64,000 nucleotides of DNA from Epiperipatus broadwayi. Its lineage: Eukaryota > Animalia > Onychophora. A program made the translations under genes and the position numbers. Under the pieces are notes generated by a model. It searched no databases and was not told the DNA's origin. It saw only the letters and a list, made by a program, of their open reading frames with translations. Below are positions 26,003 through 39,245 of the stretch, piece by piece. Each line of letters starts with the position of its first letter. Position 1 is the stretch's first letter. The stretch covers positions 3,286,001 through 3,350,000 of the forward strand of contig JAQFVV010000002.1 of the NCBI GenBank assembly GCA_028023455.1. The letters are read 5' to 3'.

Positions 26003-26375
26003 AACTTAATGTAATTTAGATGGGATTTGAACTCAGATTTTCAAGCTCTCTACAGTGACCATCCTATCTTATATAACTGATACCTATGACCACATAAATG
26101 TGAAAAAGATAAATTATGTCCCAGTATACATATTTCATGCTGAAACAGCACTTACCAGTTGGTCCAGATTATTATCTCCCACACATATATATATATAATC
26201 AGTGCTCAATTCACTTAAGATAGCAAATTTTTACCCTTTAATGGACAGGCTTCAATCTTCTCCATACTTCAACTATTTAGCCATCTATATCATTGAAAAT
26301 GTGATGGTGGAGTGGATAGCTATAAGCAGCTTCAAAGTCTGATTTCAAATCCCTTCTAAATTACATTAAAAAGTT
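26003..26375. mobile_element. Family B copy with short inverted arm
   Basis: The minus-strand copy has an HHR remnant at 26120-26163 (ACCAA CTGGTAA GTGCTG TTT CAGCAT GAAA TATGTATA CTGGG) and the B-box GAGTTCAAATCCC. 26315-26375 is an inverted copy of the terminal about 60 bp. Confidence 0.75.
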
Positions 26376-29300
26376 TGTACACATGTAAGAAATTTGTGCT
26401 CCTTATTCTTATACATATATATTAAAGTATATATATATAGTATTAATGATTTATGCATTAATTTTATATTTTAAAGTAAAGTTTGATATAGCCTGTGAAA
26501 TTTTTCAGTATGGGTGTTTTATTACAGTAACACCCCCAAAAATAAGCAAGAAAACAAAACAGAGGATTTTTAATTTCGCAACCAAACAACCATTTTATTT
26601 TTCCATACCAATCATTGTTAAAATATCTAATGTATTTTTTATTTTACTGCTGTTTGAGAAATAGAAAGGTGTATCCAAAACTAACCAGAATTTTGTAATA
26701 AATAATTGTTTATTTATTTTTAAATATTACAAGTTTAATCACTTTCAAATTACTGCCCATTTGATGTTATATATTGGAGTAAACATGTTTTTCATTTTTC
26801 AAAATAGTTTGGAAACACTTGCAAAGTAATGCCTTTGAACACCTGCAGCATTTTTTCCCATCACTTCTAAGTCCACCCCCCCCCCCTTCAAAAAAAAAGA
26901 AGAAACTTTTTCATTCAAAATATTAAAAAAAAAACTGCATGAAGCAAGAGTGGGTGAATATGGCTGATAGATAAGATGGGTAATGCTAAATTTAATTTAA
27001 AAATGATTCACATTTAAGGCTTTGAGAGATGATACTTTGTGGGATGGAGCTTGCACTCCTCTCTTTGCCACAAAATGAGATGTTTATGTTTCACTGCATC
27101 ACATAAATATTAAAGGCTTAATCATTATGGACTAAATCTGAAATAAAAATGCCACTTGCATAAAAAACACTACTTTTTTGACTTTGAACTTTACTTGCCA
27201 TGCTTTTTAGAAAGGTGGTGAATTTAACATTTCAATAAAATACTCATAAACTTATATTCAATAAACCACTTATAAACTTATATTTTTCTGAGATCAGCTT
27301 GCTTATAATCTGTTTCAACATTACCACCATTTTCCCTGCCATTTTCTGTAAACAAAAACAGAATTTCACATTGTTCAAAGTTTTCAGTCATTATAAAAAT
27401 TGCAAAATACAATAAACATACTTTACAAAAAATGTGCTATGCGGTACCACAGTATCACACTGTGGTGTCAGTTGGCAGATTAATGTAAAAGGATTCCTGC
27501 AGTAAGTATGTAACAGCAGAAGCAGAAAACTACAACAGATGAATGATACTGATTACTTTTGAGTACCTTCTCATAATATTATTTGGAGTAGATCCAACTT
27601 TACTTTTTATTTCAATTTTTTCATGAGAGATAATTTGTGAAATATATTTTTTTATATGTTCAACATCAACAATCATTGTGATAAATATTTATAATAATTT
27701 TAATTTTATTATATTTTCTGTATTTATATGTTAATTTATAAATGTTAATTACAAGGAAGAAACAGACTATTTTAAATAAAAACAAAAGTGTATTTGCACT
27801 GGAAAAAAATCAGAATTAACATGCTCAAATAACTATTGGCAGTCTGACAGCATGCAGCTCTAATGTTACTAGTTATGCACATTGATAAAAGCAAATGACT
27901 CTCTATTCACCAAATATGATATTTCTATACTGTCATAATTAGCAATGCCTTTAAATAGAATCTCAAGCATTGCTTAAAATAATTATTTTTAAAAAGGGTT
28001 TAATTAGTTGTAATTATATAATAATTAAGCAAAATATTGAATGATTATTATATTATTGATATTTTCAGGCAAAAATTTAATAATTAATTTATTGGGGGGT
28101 GGGTGAGTGGGTACTGCAGTACTTATGGACCAGGCACCACTGAGCTTAGTTAATAATTATTTATTGCAGTTAATTTTTTATGTATGTATTTTGAAATATT
28201 TCCTAAAATTTAATGATGAGGTATGCATATGCATGTGGTATTAATAATGTGATTAAAAGGCATTAAAATTTATATTAGTTTTTATTATAAGCTTACATGA
28301 TTAGAAGTCATTTTATGTTCACCTGCTATAATATTGAGTTCTGAAACAATATTATATGTGCACATATTTGACTTGTTTTTGATATGTTTAATTACTTGAT
28401 TCATATAAATAAAGCTAAATATATTGCTGATATGTTTTAATAAATGGTCTATGATAGTAGGCAGAGATATAAAAACATTCATGTGTATACATCATAGTAA
28501 GTTTTAGAATTATAGCTCTTTGATATAAGATATTCTATTAGTATAGATTTTATGAATTTCAAATGATAAAAGTTACTTATAAAATATAACTGCAAAAATA
28601 TTCATGTTAAAGGTTGGAATATAATGATAATGAGTTTGTAATAAATGTTTTTTTGTTTATTGATTTTAACTTTAAGTTTATTTATTATTTATTGTTATAT
28701 CAATGGTACAGTCTTATACAATGGTCAATAAAATATTCAAAGAAGTCTCGATATTTTCTTAGATCGAGGGGCCATATTTAGAAATACTAGTAGTGATTGA
28801 GGATTCTAAGGGATTTGTTGTTGGATATTTTTACCAGTCAACATAAATTTCCTATATAAATACTACTTAGAAGCAGTGGGAGGAAATTGTAGAGTGTAAA
28901 TTTAGTGGTTCCATATTGTGATTGATATCAGCCATATTTGCAGATTCTCAGCTGACCATTATAAATTATATGAAAATAATCATAGAAAACAAACAATTCA
29001 TTTAATTTGCCTGTTAGATCAAACTTAAATTATTAAATAACAGTGTAATATGATTCATTGGTGTGATTGATAGATATTATTATGCTATTGAATAATTTAA
29101 AAGTTTGATCTAATCCACAAATTGACTTTTGTAATATTTAAAGTTATTAATTATACATTATACAATTATATCAAAAATTTATTTTGTAGATTATTTATTT
29201 TTTATATCTTCTAAGTTGATAACAGAAGTAGAAAAGTGTACATATCTGTATTTGATAATAAAAAAAATGTTATAGTGGATATTAATGAGATCAATTGATA

Positions 29301-29499
29301 ATTAATGCAGTCTTTTTCATCTCCTTTATCTTATAAAGTGGGAAATAACAGCTTCATAATTTCCTAAAAAATTCAATAATTTTATAATCATATTTCAAAA
29401 CATTTGGGGAATTCATTATAATATATTTTGTTTTATCTTTGTTCTGTGAAATAATAGTATTCACTAAGTGGTGAAGGAGATAGTGTCATGTTTACTTCT

Positions 29500-32400
29500 A
29501 TAAAAAGCCATAATTCTTATGATGGTGGACATATAATGGTAAGTGTTTATCACCATTAAATTAGTCAACATTTGACTGAGTGCTGAGTCAGCAACAGCAT
29601 TCTTCCTAGTCAGCCAATGATCCTCTATAATTGATAACTGTGAGGAAGAAGCTGTAGATGGATATTCACTTTATGAGGTTTGGCTAGCACATTAAGCCCT
29701 GTTATGAAGGTTATTTCTGGACTAAGAAGCATCAGGAAATCACTTTACCTTATAATTCCCTTGTTCATTATGAGTATGTCTACAAGAATCATCTCATTCG
29801 ATGTTGAGACCTTAAATAAGAATGGTGTTAGTATCTTATCAAGTAAGAGTATACATGCAAGTCATAAACCTGTGAAATTCTTATAAAGCTCATTCATTGA
29901 GAATTAGCATGTGGAATGTTAGATTGTTGAAAAGAGCTGGGAAATTGGAAAATTTGAAAAAGGAGATGAGTATAAATGATATTGATATTAGAGGAGTAAG
30001 CAAAGTGAGGTGGGAGATATGTGAAGAAGTTAATAGTGGAGATGTTAAGTTGTTTTATTCTGGTGGTGATAAGCTAATTAATGAAATTAGCATTGCTGTT
30101 GGAAAGTGCGGAATTGTGTGACAAAGATAGATTGTATTGATGTTAGATTGATGATGATAAGAAAGTTACAAGTCCCAAGGATCTGGTAATCATAGAAATT
30201 TATATGCTGAGTACCAGTTATGATGATATTGAGAATTGATAGAAAATATGAGAAGTCAGAGAAAATTATATATTGTGAGGGAGAAAATATATGTATATTG
30301 CTATTAGGTGATTGAAATGCTGTTGTGGGAAAAGATAAAAAAAAAAAATTAGGAATTATGATATTGGGAAAAAAAGAAAAAAGTAGCTGACTTGTATAAT
30401 TTTGTATGGAGAATGTGTTAGTGATTGCAAACATGTACTTAAAAATTATGTAAGAAGATTGTATATGTAGAAAACTCCAGATGATAGAAAATGTTATCAA
30501 ATTAATTATATATTGATTCAGGATGGATATATGAAAGATATTAAAGGCTTACATGCTTTTCCTGGTGCTGATATAAACTTGTATCATAATTTGGTTATGA
30601 CTAAATTAAAGTTAAGATTAAAAAAAATAAAAAGAGTGAAAAGATATGTAAGATGGGATTTAAGTTAAATTGCAAGAAATGGGGAAGAGAAAATTTGGTT
30701 TAATATGTGAAAATATAACAAAAAGGATTGATAAAAAATGAGGAATATATTAATAGTTCTGATAAGTGTTGGTATAGGATTAAAAAAGAATTATAAAAAC
30801 ACCAAAAAATGAAATAGGCACTATTCTGTTAAAGGAAGCTAAATGATGTTGGATAATGAAAAGTATGTTGGAAAATGTGGAAATATGGGGAAGATGGAAG
30901 AATGTCAATACTGAGGAAGGGCAAAGTGCATATAAAAAAATTAATAATGTCTTAAGAAAAAAAAACAGATTTAGCAAAAGAAAAATGGTTGGAACAAAAA
31001 TATAGAAAGATAGAAGTGCTTTATCAGGTAAGAAGACATGAATTGGTGTTTGATAGAATTAAAAATGTCACTTGGCAGAAAAAAAAATAGTTAGCAAGTG
31101 AAATAGCAGATAAGAAATGGAAAGAGTTTAACTGATAGCAATGATATATTGAAAATATGAAAAAACTATCTTCAATATCTATTAAAAAACAACTAATTGT
31201 GAACTTGAAAATGAAGAAATTATTGAAGTAAATGATAAAGGTATGAACATTTGATAGATGAAGTAATAAAGTTTATTGCACAAATGAAGAATGGTAAGGC
31301 TGTTAGATTTCATACAACATCTATAGAATTTTTGAAAGAAATGGGAAAATTATTATAAAGAAAAGAGTTGGACTTTGCAATTTAATATATAATAATGGAG
31401 TTTGATCTGAAGGTTTTGTTCAGGACTATAATGTTTCCAATTGCTAAAAAAAGGAATGCTGTTAAATGTGAAGAGTACAGGACATTACATTTGTTATCTC
31501 ATATTTTTAAAGTTTTATTGAGGATTTTAACTTAAACAATTTATTGCAATGTAGAATATTACATTGTAGAAGAACAGTTTAGTTTTTAGAGAGGTAAAAA
31601 TACAAAAGATGCTATTGGTGATGTTAAAACAATTGCAGAGATATATATTGAAAAAGATAAAAAAATTAGTATATATTATGGGGATTTGAAAAAAGAATTT
31701 GATACAGTAATTTAAAATAAACTTATTACCATCTTAAAAAATAATGGAGTATTTTGGAAAGAAAGAATATTGATTTGAAATATGCATACTGGCAAATGAT
31801 AAGAATTAGTCTGGAGAATAATGACACTGATAAAATGAATATAGAAAAAGGAGTTAGGCAAGAATGGAGTATGCCACCTAGTCTTTTTCATATTTATTTA
31901 GAAAACATCTTAAATAATTATTTAGACTGTGGAGGATCAAATGTTGAGAATAGAATAATAAAATGTATAACAGAGATTTTTTTGCAGATGATATAGCTGA
32001 GGATGAAGTGTCTTCAAAATATGTTGAACATATTGGAAGAAGGATGTATGGAATATGGAATGAAGATTAATATTGAGAAGACTAAGTGTTTGTGGATAGG
32101 GTGGAATATAAAAAGACTGTAGGTTAAAATCCATGATAATATAGTTCAACATGTAAATGGATTTAAATATTTGGTTAGTTGGTTGAATGAGAATGGAAGA
32201 AGTGAAGATAAAATTAAAAGAATAGCATTGGCAAAGGAGGCATTTACTAAGAGAAAGAAAATATTTTGTGTACCTTTGAAAAAAAAATTAAGGAAAAAAT
32301 TAAATGCTATATATGGAGAGTATTATTACATGGTTGTGAAACATGGACACTAAGTAATAAAAGCAGGAACATAGTGGAAACTTTTGAAATATTGTGATGG

Positions 32401-32740
32401 AGAAGGATGGAAAAAATAAAATGATAAATCAAGTTTTAAAAGGAGTAAATGAAAAAATGAATATTGATTGAGAAAACTAGAAATAGAAAAAGAAACTGGA
32501 TTGAACATAAATTAAGACTAAAGTATAGTTTAATGAAGGTTGTTTTGGAGGGAATAGTGACTGGAAACAAAGAAAGAATGGAAAAGATTGACATTTCTGG
32601 TTGATATAAGATATGAAAAGAGCTATATGGAATTGAAGAGCTGGGTAATAAGGATAATGGAATAGTGAAATGGATGAACTAGTGATGTGATTTCTCTCTG
32701 GACCTCTCTATCAGACAGAATACTATTGATTGATTGATAG
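29500..32740 (+). mobile_element. Near full-length decayed RTE-clade LINE (AP endonuclease + RT)
   Basis: ORF 29897 MRISMWNVRLLKRAGKLENLKKEM...GVSKVRW is the N-terminus of an RTE APE domain. Downstream RT-like blocks include KCEEYRTLHLLSHIFKV, DLKKEFDTV, GVRQEWSMPPSLFHIY, FADD and KYLVSW. It ends in a (TGAT)n tail at 32727-32738. The 5-prime boundary is approximate. Confidence 0.9.
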
Positions 32741-34923
32741 TAATACTTCTGATTATTTGACAGTTGTTGTATAGGTTGTTTTTCTTTAAATATATACTAT
32801 ATATTTATTTATATTCAGACTTTATCTTTCTCGGTTTAAATTAAGCAACTTTTTATTTCTTTTTTATGTGTAATTTGTTAAGTGTAGGAAATTAAATTCT
32901 TTCTTAGTGGATATAAAATTATATTAAACTTCTCTTTATATTTTTTTTTTTTTACAAATTCAGATGTAGATGTTATTTTTATTTAGTTTCTATCTATAGA
33001 TAATTTTCTTCACTTCATTCTTCCGATCTTTTTTTTATATTTCAACTTAATCTCTTGGAATACAGTTTAAAATTGCAATCGCCTAAATTAAAGTTAACCC
33101 TTATAGCCACTAATATTCTTCCAAGCTTCATTTCAGGTTCTTAATTTTATCTAAAATGTTAGTGATAGCTGATTTTTTTTTTACTCAGGTACTTTACTTT
33201 TGATCCTTCCTTGCAGAAATATATGTGGATTTCACTGTATATTCTACAATTTCTATATGACTCCTCTATTAAGTGTCAAGTATAGAATGATTTACAAATA
33301 CTTATAAAAACATTTATCTATATATTTATTATTTTCTTTTTCAAACACACAGATATTTTGTGAGTAATGTCATTCTTTATGTTTCCATATATGTTAATAA
33401 TTTGTACAATACATTTTACTAGTTGTTAATTTCATCTAGTTCATTAGTATTAATTGTTATTCTTTCTAATTTTAAAGCAATTGGACATTACTGTAACTCT
33501 TTTTTTATTATTTATCTTTAGATTTATTTTATTTTATTTGCTTTCATCATTATTACTTGTAAAATCAAACATTATATTATCTTACAAAAATATATATAAT
33601 ATTTTTGAAAACAAATGTTATCTCCATTTATTTTGATAAGTATTATTTAAAAGTTGATCATATTTTTATCAAGATCTAAGATCTAAAGCTTTTATTACAG
33701 CAAATAAAACTCTTGCAAAACTTTACATTCCCACATTGCTAAGACAGAAATATTCACATCTAAAATTATCCATTATAAGCATGAGAATCATATGTTAGTG
33801 CTACAAGATTCCCCAATTATTGTTTGCTATTGCTTTCACTAATAGAGACTACTGATTTATGAGCACAAGAGTCATTTAAATACCACCTATTATTTTTATT
33901 ATACTACTAAAATAAAAATAAAAAGCAGCCTTTAAATAGCCCATATCAAAATAAAGTCCTCTCTAGCATTTTGATAAACAGAAACAGTGAAAAAGAAAAC
34001 AGTATGAAGCTGGTGAAATGCTGGATGAGAAGAATTCATTATTTTGGTCTTGTTTTACCCATATTTAGTACATAATAATTGGATAACTAGGTGAAATGAT
34101 ATTTTGCCAATTACTAAAAACAATCCTAAACTTGCTTGGAATGTAAAAAACAATTCAAATTTTATTTGTATTTAATTTCAGGTTATGATCATGGGAGATA
34201 AATATGTTAACCATTACTTTGTATGTTTATTCCAGTTAAGATCTTGAAATTTTCGAACATTACATACTTTGTAATTAAATTGCTATTAAAATAAAGTTTG
34301 CTTTTGTTTACATATATATTATAAATCATGTTTTTGGATGTAACCATGTTAAATAAAATGAAACACAGGTAAAATACCAACATTTTGATGACAGACATAT
34401 CACTTGCCCTATTAATTATTTTACTTAGTTTAAGAACAATTGTTATCTTGTTGAAATTTTCAGTATTTTAATTTTATTTTATTCCACACAGCTGCTCTCA
34501 AAAGCAAAATTTATAAAACATCTTTTGTTTGTAAAAACATCCATTTGAACATGTGTATATATATATATTATTTTAATTAAATGCTTGCATAAGGAAAAAA
34601 GAAAGTATCCACTATTTTGAAGTTTTTCATAAGTTTTATAACCTCGAGCATATGTGTGTAAAATGCGATAGTAGGGACCTCTACAGGTGTTTAACCACAA
34701 GCTTACGCTACGGAAGAAAAGAGGGGAACCTTCTTTACTTCAACCTACTTTCTACTTAAATAGGTGAAGCTGAAGTGGTTAGATCTGCGAGTGTGAAGCT
34801 ATTCAATACTTCACTGATTAAGTCTGCATTTCTTATTACACATTAATACTCATGAAATCTTTCAATTTACAACGAGTCAATGGAAAGATTTTATAGTTAG
34901 AAATCTATTGCAGTAATTTAAAG

Positions 34924-35066
34924 TTGTAATTATAAATTTATTAAACGCACATTGATTAAGTAAGTAATATTTACTGAGGCTATAACTTCGATCATATGCG
35001 TGTAAGGTTATAGCCTCAGTAAATATTACTTACATCAATGTGCGCTTAATAAATTTATAATTATAA
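34924..35066. repeat. Near-perfect inverted repeat, arms of about 60 bp, 20-nt spacer
   Basis: 34924-34986 and 35007-35066 differ by one 3-nt indel and two substitutions. CpGs are retained. Confidence 0.9.
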
Positions 35067-35449
35067 GTTTTATTAGAAATATAAAAGAATAAAAGTTCTG
35101 AGATGATATATTGATAATAATAAAGATAAATTTTGAATATTATGCTTAAAATTTTATTTAAAGGAAAATTGTTAAGAGCGAAACTATTTTACTTTAGTGT
35201 GTTTATTAGACAATTTAATTTATTGGAAAAATTGTAAAATCCTTAAGAAAAGTGTAGGAAAAATAATAAATAGCTAAAAAGAAGATAAATGGACCCAACC
35301 TTTAACAACATCAAGTTGAAAAACTTGAGAATTTAAACTAAAGAAATACTATAACACTAATAATTAATATTGATATAAAGGCACCTATTCTTATTTAAAT
35401 ATGAAAAAAGCAACATAAAAAAATATACTTAATTTAAAAACAGAAATGA

Positions 35450-35950
35450 CAGGTGACATTTATTTATATATTCTGCATGTATCTACTATGTTTACTATTT
35501 GTCAACATTATCTTCCAAAAGATAGATCATACCAAATCAAAGAATTTTCTCTATACTTTTCTATCTTTTGCTGAACTCTTTAAATATGGTTATTTTTCTA
35601 AGGTTATCTGTCAACCTTTTCTCCTTTATACTTCTGTAATTTCATAATATTTTTGTTAATCCTTCTTCATTTAAAAACATGCTCATTCTTATTATTCCTT
35701 TTAATAAATTTTCTTCAATAAATGATCCTTTTGTATTTATAATATTTGATACATTTACACTGCTAATCCTATTTTTTCAACTTTTCCAATCATCTCCAAA
35801 TTCATGTGCATCAAACATTCAATTGTCTCTTCTCACTTTGTCTATTTGTTCATGTATCACTCTGCTGTCAAAAAAAGCAATGAAGTATGCAACTTTGATC
35901 ATTGAGGATAATATAAAGAGATACATTATAATTTCAATAAACTTCTGGTA
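35450..35950 (-). mobile_element. RTE-like LINE RT fragment
   Basis: Decayed RT-like minus strand; the plus-strand ORFs here are typical antisense ORFs. Confidence 0.45.
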
Positions 35951-38392
35951 AAGTACAATTAAATAAATCTTTTTTAATACTGAATTAATTAATTATTTTC
36001 AAAATAATATATATTAAATAATAAAAGAATCAAAAGCTATTAAACATAGATGCAATTTGTTGTTGTTTGTATCTATATTAAAGTTTGCATAGAGAACTTC
36101 TATATTTTAAATTAAAATATATTGGAATGAAAGTAATTTCATTTAATTTTAAATGATAAAATTCAAGTTATCATTCATTTTTATTATTGTATTTGAATGG
36201 TCGAACTTTATGCAAGAATTCATTTATTAGCTTATAATTAATTTTGTTAATAACTTCATCTTCTTTAGAGAATTGCTTGAGTGCATATATTTTGACAATT
36301 AAAAATTTTAATAATTACCATAGCCATAAGTTATTTTCATGATTAAAATAAATGTTTAAATAATGAAAATATTTTAACTAACTGATTATTAAATTAGATT
36401 GCAGGTTTTTTTCTGATTTTTTGCTTAATTTATTTTATACATATTAACAATACTTCAAATTGAAATACCGAGTTAATGCATTTGACAGCCATGTTTCTGT
36501 TCTGAGGATTTAAATCAAAAGTGTTCTTTTTAAGAGGTTTAGAATTTTTTTTGGTTGCTATCCTATGGAAAATCTTAGCTGAAAATCTGATATTTATAAG
36601 TGGGTATCTGTAACTAGAGGTAAAATAATATAAAACACTCATTCACCACATGGCAATTATGAACTTAACAAATATTTTCTCTTTATTGTTCTTCTGTAAG
36701 AGTCTGCTGCAAAGGTCTCTACATTGCAATAGATTATTTATTTAAAAGTCAGTTTCATCTTTTTTTAGCCAACACTTTAAATACAATAATAAAAGTTATT
36801 CTATTAATGAAAGCTAATCATCAGCTTTTAAAATTATTTTAAAACACAGAATTTGTATCTTCCATAAAGCTTCATTGTCCTTCCAAGTTAGGTTTTTTTA
36901 AAGATAGTCAAATCAATTTTAATAATTTTTTACATCTCATTTGATATTATTTTCAGTGTATAATACATTACACCTTTCTTATTCTTTTGTAATATTTGCA
37001 ATTATTGTTTTATCTTAAAATATTAAATTCATATTTCATAAACAATTACCAAAAACATTTAAGATAACTTTGATTAAAAGTATTTGAGAAAAAGTCACGT
37101 TATTTTTTTTAACTTGTTAAAAGAAGCAGCAACACAATAGGGGCCATGTAATACTTCAATGTATTAATAAGCTAAAAAATAGAATATTTCATCATAGTGA
37201 AAAAATTACTGTAACTAAATCAGCTGTTTATAGTTAATATTTTGCCTCATTTATTGTAAAAAATTTGGACTTCATCAGTATAACATAAAGGCTTTTAAAA
37301 ATTTTCATTTAAGAATGATCCACAAAAGTCTAAAAAATAAGATAGCAAGATCATAAGATCAATCATTAACATATTTTTAATTTTCTGGATGTGATATTAT
37401 TGAATCCATTATTGTAAAACCACATTTTCATTGGATTGGATATGTTAAATGAAGAAACAATATAGGAAATCCTAATAAAGATTTTATAATAAACTTGAAA
37501 ATAGATAGTTATCATGGAAGATATAGATTCCATTTATGTCATAAAAGTTATCTCAAAACCATTTTAAAGAACTACATTATTGATTGTTTTTATGAAATAT
37601 GATGGAGGATAGAATATAAAGGAGAACTACAATTTGACAAGATTTTTAAATTCTTCAAAAAAAAATGTTTGCTAAATAGAATAATGAATCAGCAAGTTTT
37701 ATATTTGAAGATATTTGCATTTTACAGGTTTATATATTTATCACAAAACTCATTTCTAGAGTATTATATATATATTCCATTGGAGTTGCCATGACCATCT
37801 CCATTTACAAATGGATGTTTATCATGATAATCTTTTCTTTAAATATAAAAGTCTATCAAAAACACTTTCTATTTATAAGGTTGAACTTATTTATCTTATT
37901 CAAATGCATAATTAACAAATAAAATTATAACCCTTCTATTATAAATCTTGAAATACTTGTATTTAGAACTGCATTATTAAATGTATTATATGTATAACAT
38001 TAGATGTGATATGTTGGACTATTTCCATCATCTATAAGTGAATGTTGAATGTACAGAAAATTTTAAACTTTATTTAAACATTTCAAATAGAAACAACTTG
38101 TTAGTAATAACATACAATTAGACAACACACGTTAGTAATTACACAATGTTTCAAGTAATATTATTGCTGACCTGATAAGGACAGTGACAGTATTCTCATA
38201 GAAATTGAACTTGCACCTTTAGATTCTTGAATATCAAATTTAAGGCAAAAGCTCTAACCAACTGAGCTATTCTGTCAAAGGCAACAGATTGTAGAAATTT
38301 GATATATTTATATATGAGGGTTGGTTCAAATCCTCCTGAGTCCTTCAATTTTTTTCCCCAAGACCTTCAATTTATTATTTTTATTATTATTA

Positions 38393-38739
<347 letters not shown>

Positions 38740-38775
38740 GCATTTATTTTTTTATAGCGTCTGCATATAATTGTA

Positions 38776-38957
38776 ATTTACATTCATATCGGCCTTTCAA
38801 ACCAATTGTGCAAACGCTTTGCGAGTGTTAAATAATAAATGAATGCCTTCTGATCCTGCATAAATTCTATATCTTGTATTGATCAGAAGGCATTCATTTA
38901 TTATTTAACACTCGCAAAGCGTTTGCACAATTGGTTTGAAAGGCCGATATGAATGTA

Positions 38958-38960
<3 letters not shown>
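38776..38960. repeat. Perfect 80-bp inverted repeat with 25-nt spacer
   Basis: 38776-38855 is the exact reverse complement of 38881-38960. Confidence 0.97.
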
Positions 38961-38994
<34 letters not shown>

Positions 38995-39088
38995 TGAAGG
39001 GCTTGGGTGAAAAAAATTGAAGGAGTCAGGAAGATTTGAACCAACCCTCATATAAAAATATATCCAATTTCTACTATCTGTTGCCTTT

Positions 39089-39179
39089 GACAGAATAGCT
39101 CAGTTGGTTAGAGTATTTGCCTTAAATTTGATATTCAAGAGTCTAAAGGTGCGAGTTTAAGTTCTATGCGAACACTGTC
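39089..39179 (+). other. tRNA-derived module (Ile/Thr/Lys-like D arm) in family C; not a functional tRNA
   Basis: GACAG...CTGTC terminal pairing, A-box TAGCTCAGTTGGTTAGAG and a decayed B-box GCGAGTTTAAGTTC (left arm GCAAGTTCAATTTC). The anticodon arm is expanded. Confidence 0.7.
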
Positions 39180-39200
39180 AATGTGCATATCAGGTCAGCA

Positions 39201-39245
39201 ACATCTGAAGAAAAATGGAGAATACTACTACTCAAAATGTTGTGT
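39201..39245 (+). ncRNA. Decayed hammerhead motif (family C)
   Basis: ACAT-CTGAAGA-aaaatgGAG...CTC-AAA-ATGT-T-GTGT. The left arm has CTTGAAACATTGTGT, so the ancestor reconstructs as CTC GAA ACGT T GTGT. There is an unexplained 6-nt insert before stem II. Confidence 0.5.

Noticed and set aside
29570-29625. HDV-like ribozyme at the 5-prime end of the RTE element
   Set aside because: RTE elements can carry one and there is some local pairing (tgact/agtca, ttcttcct), but I could not build the nested double pseudoknot by eye.
30087-30977. Minus-strand ORFs of 137 and 65 aa, and similar F/I/L-rich ORFs elsewhere
   Set aside because: These are antisense shadows of purine-rich LINE sequence or AT-rich chance ORFs.
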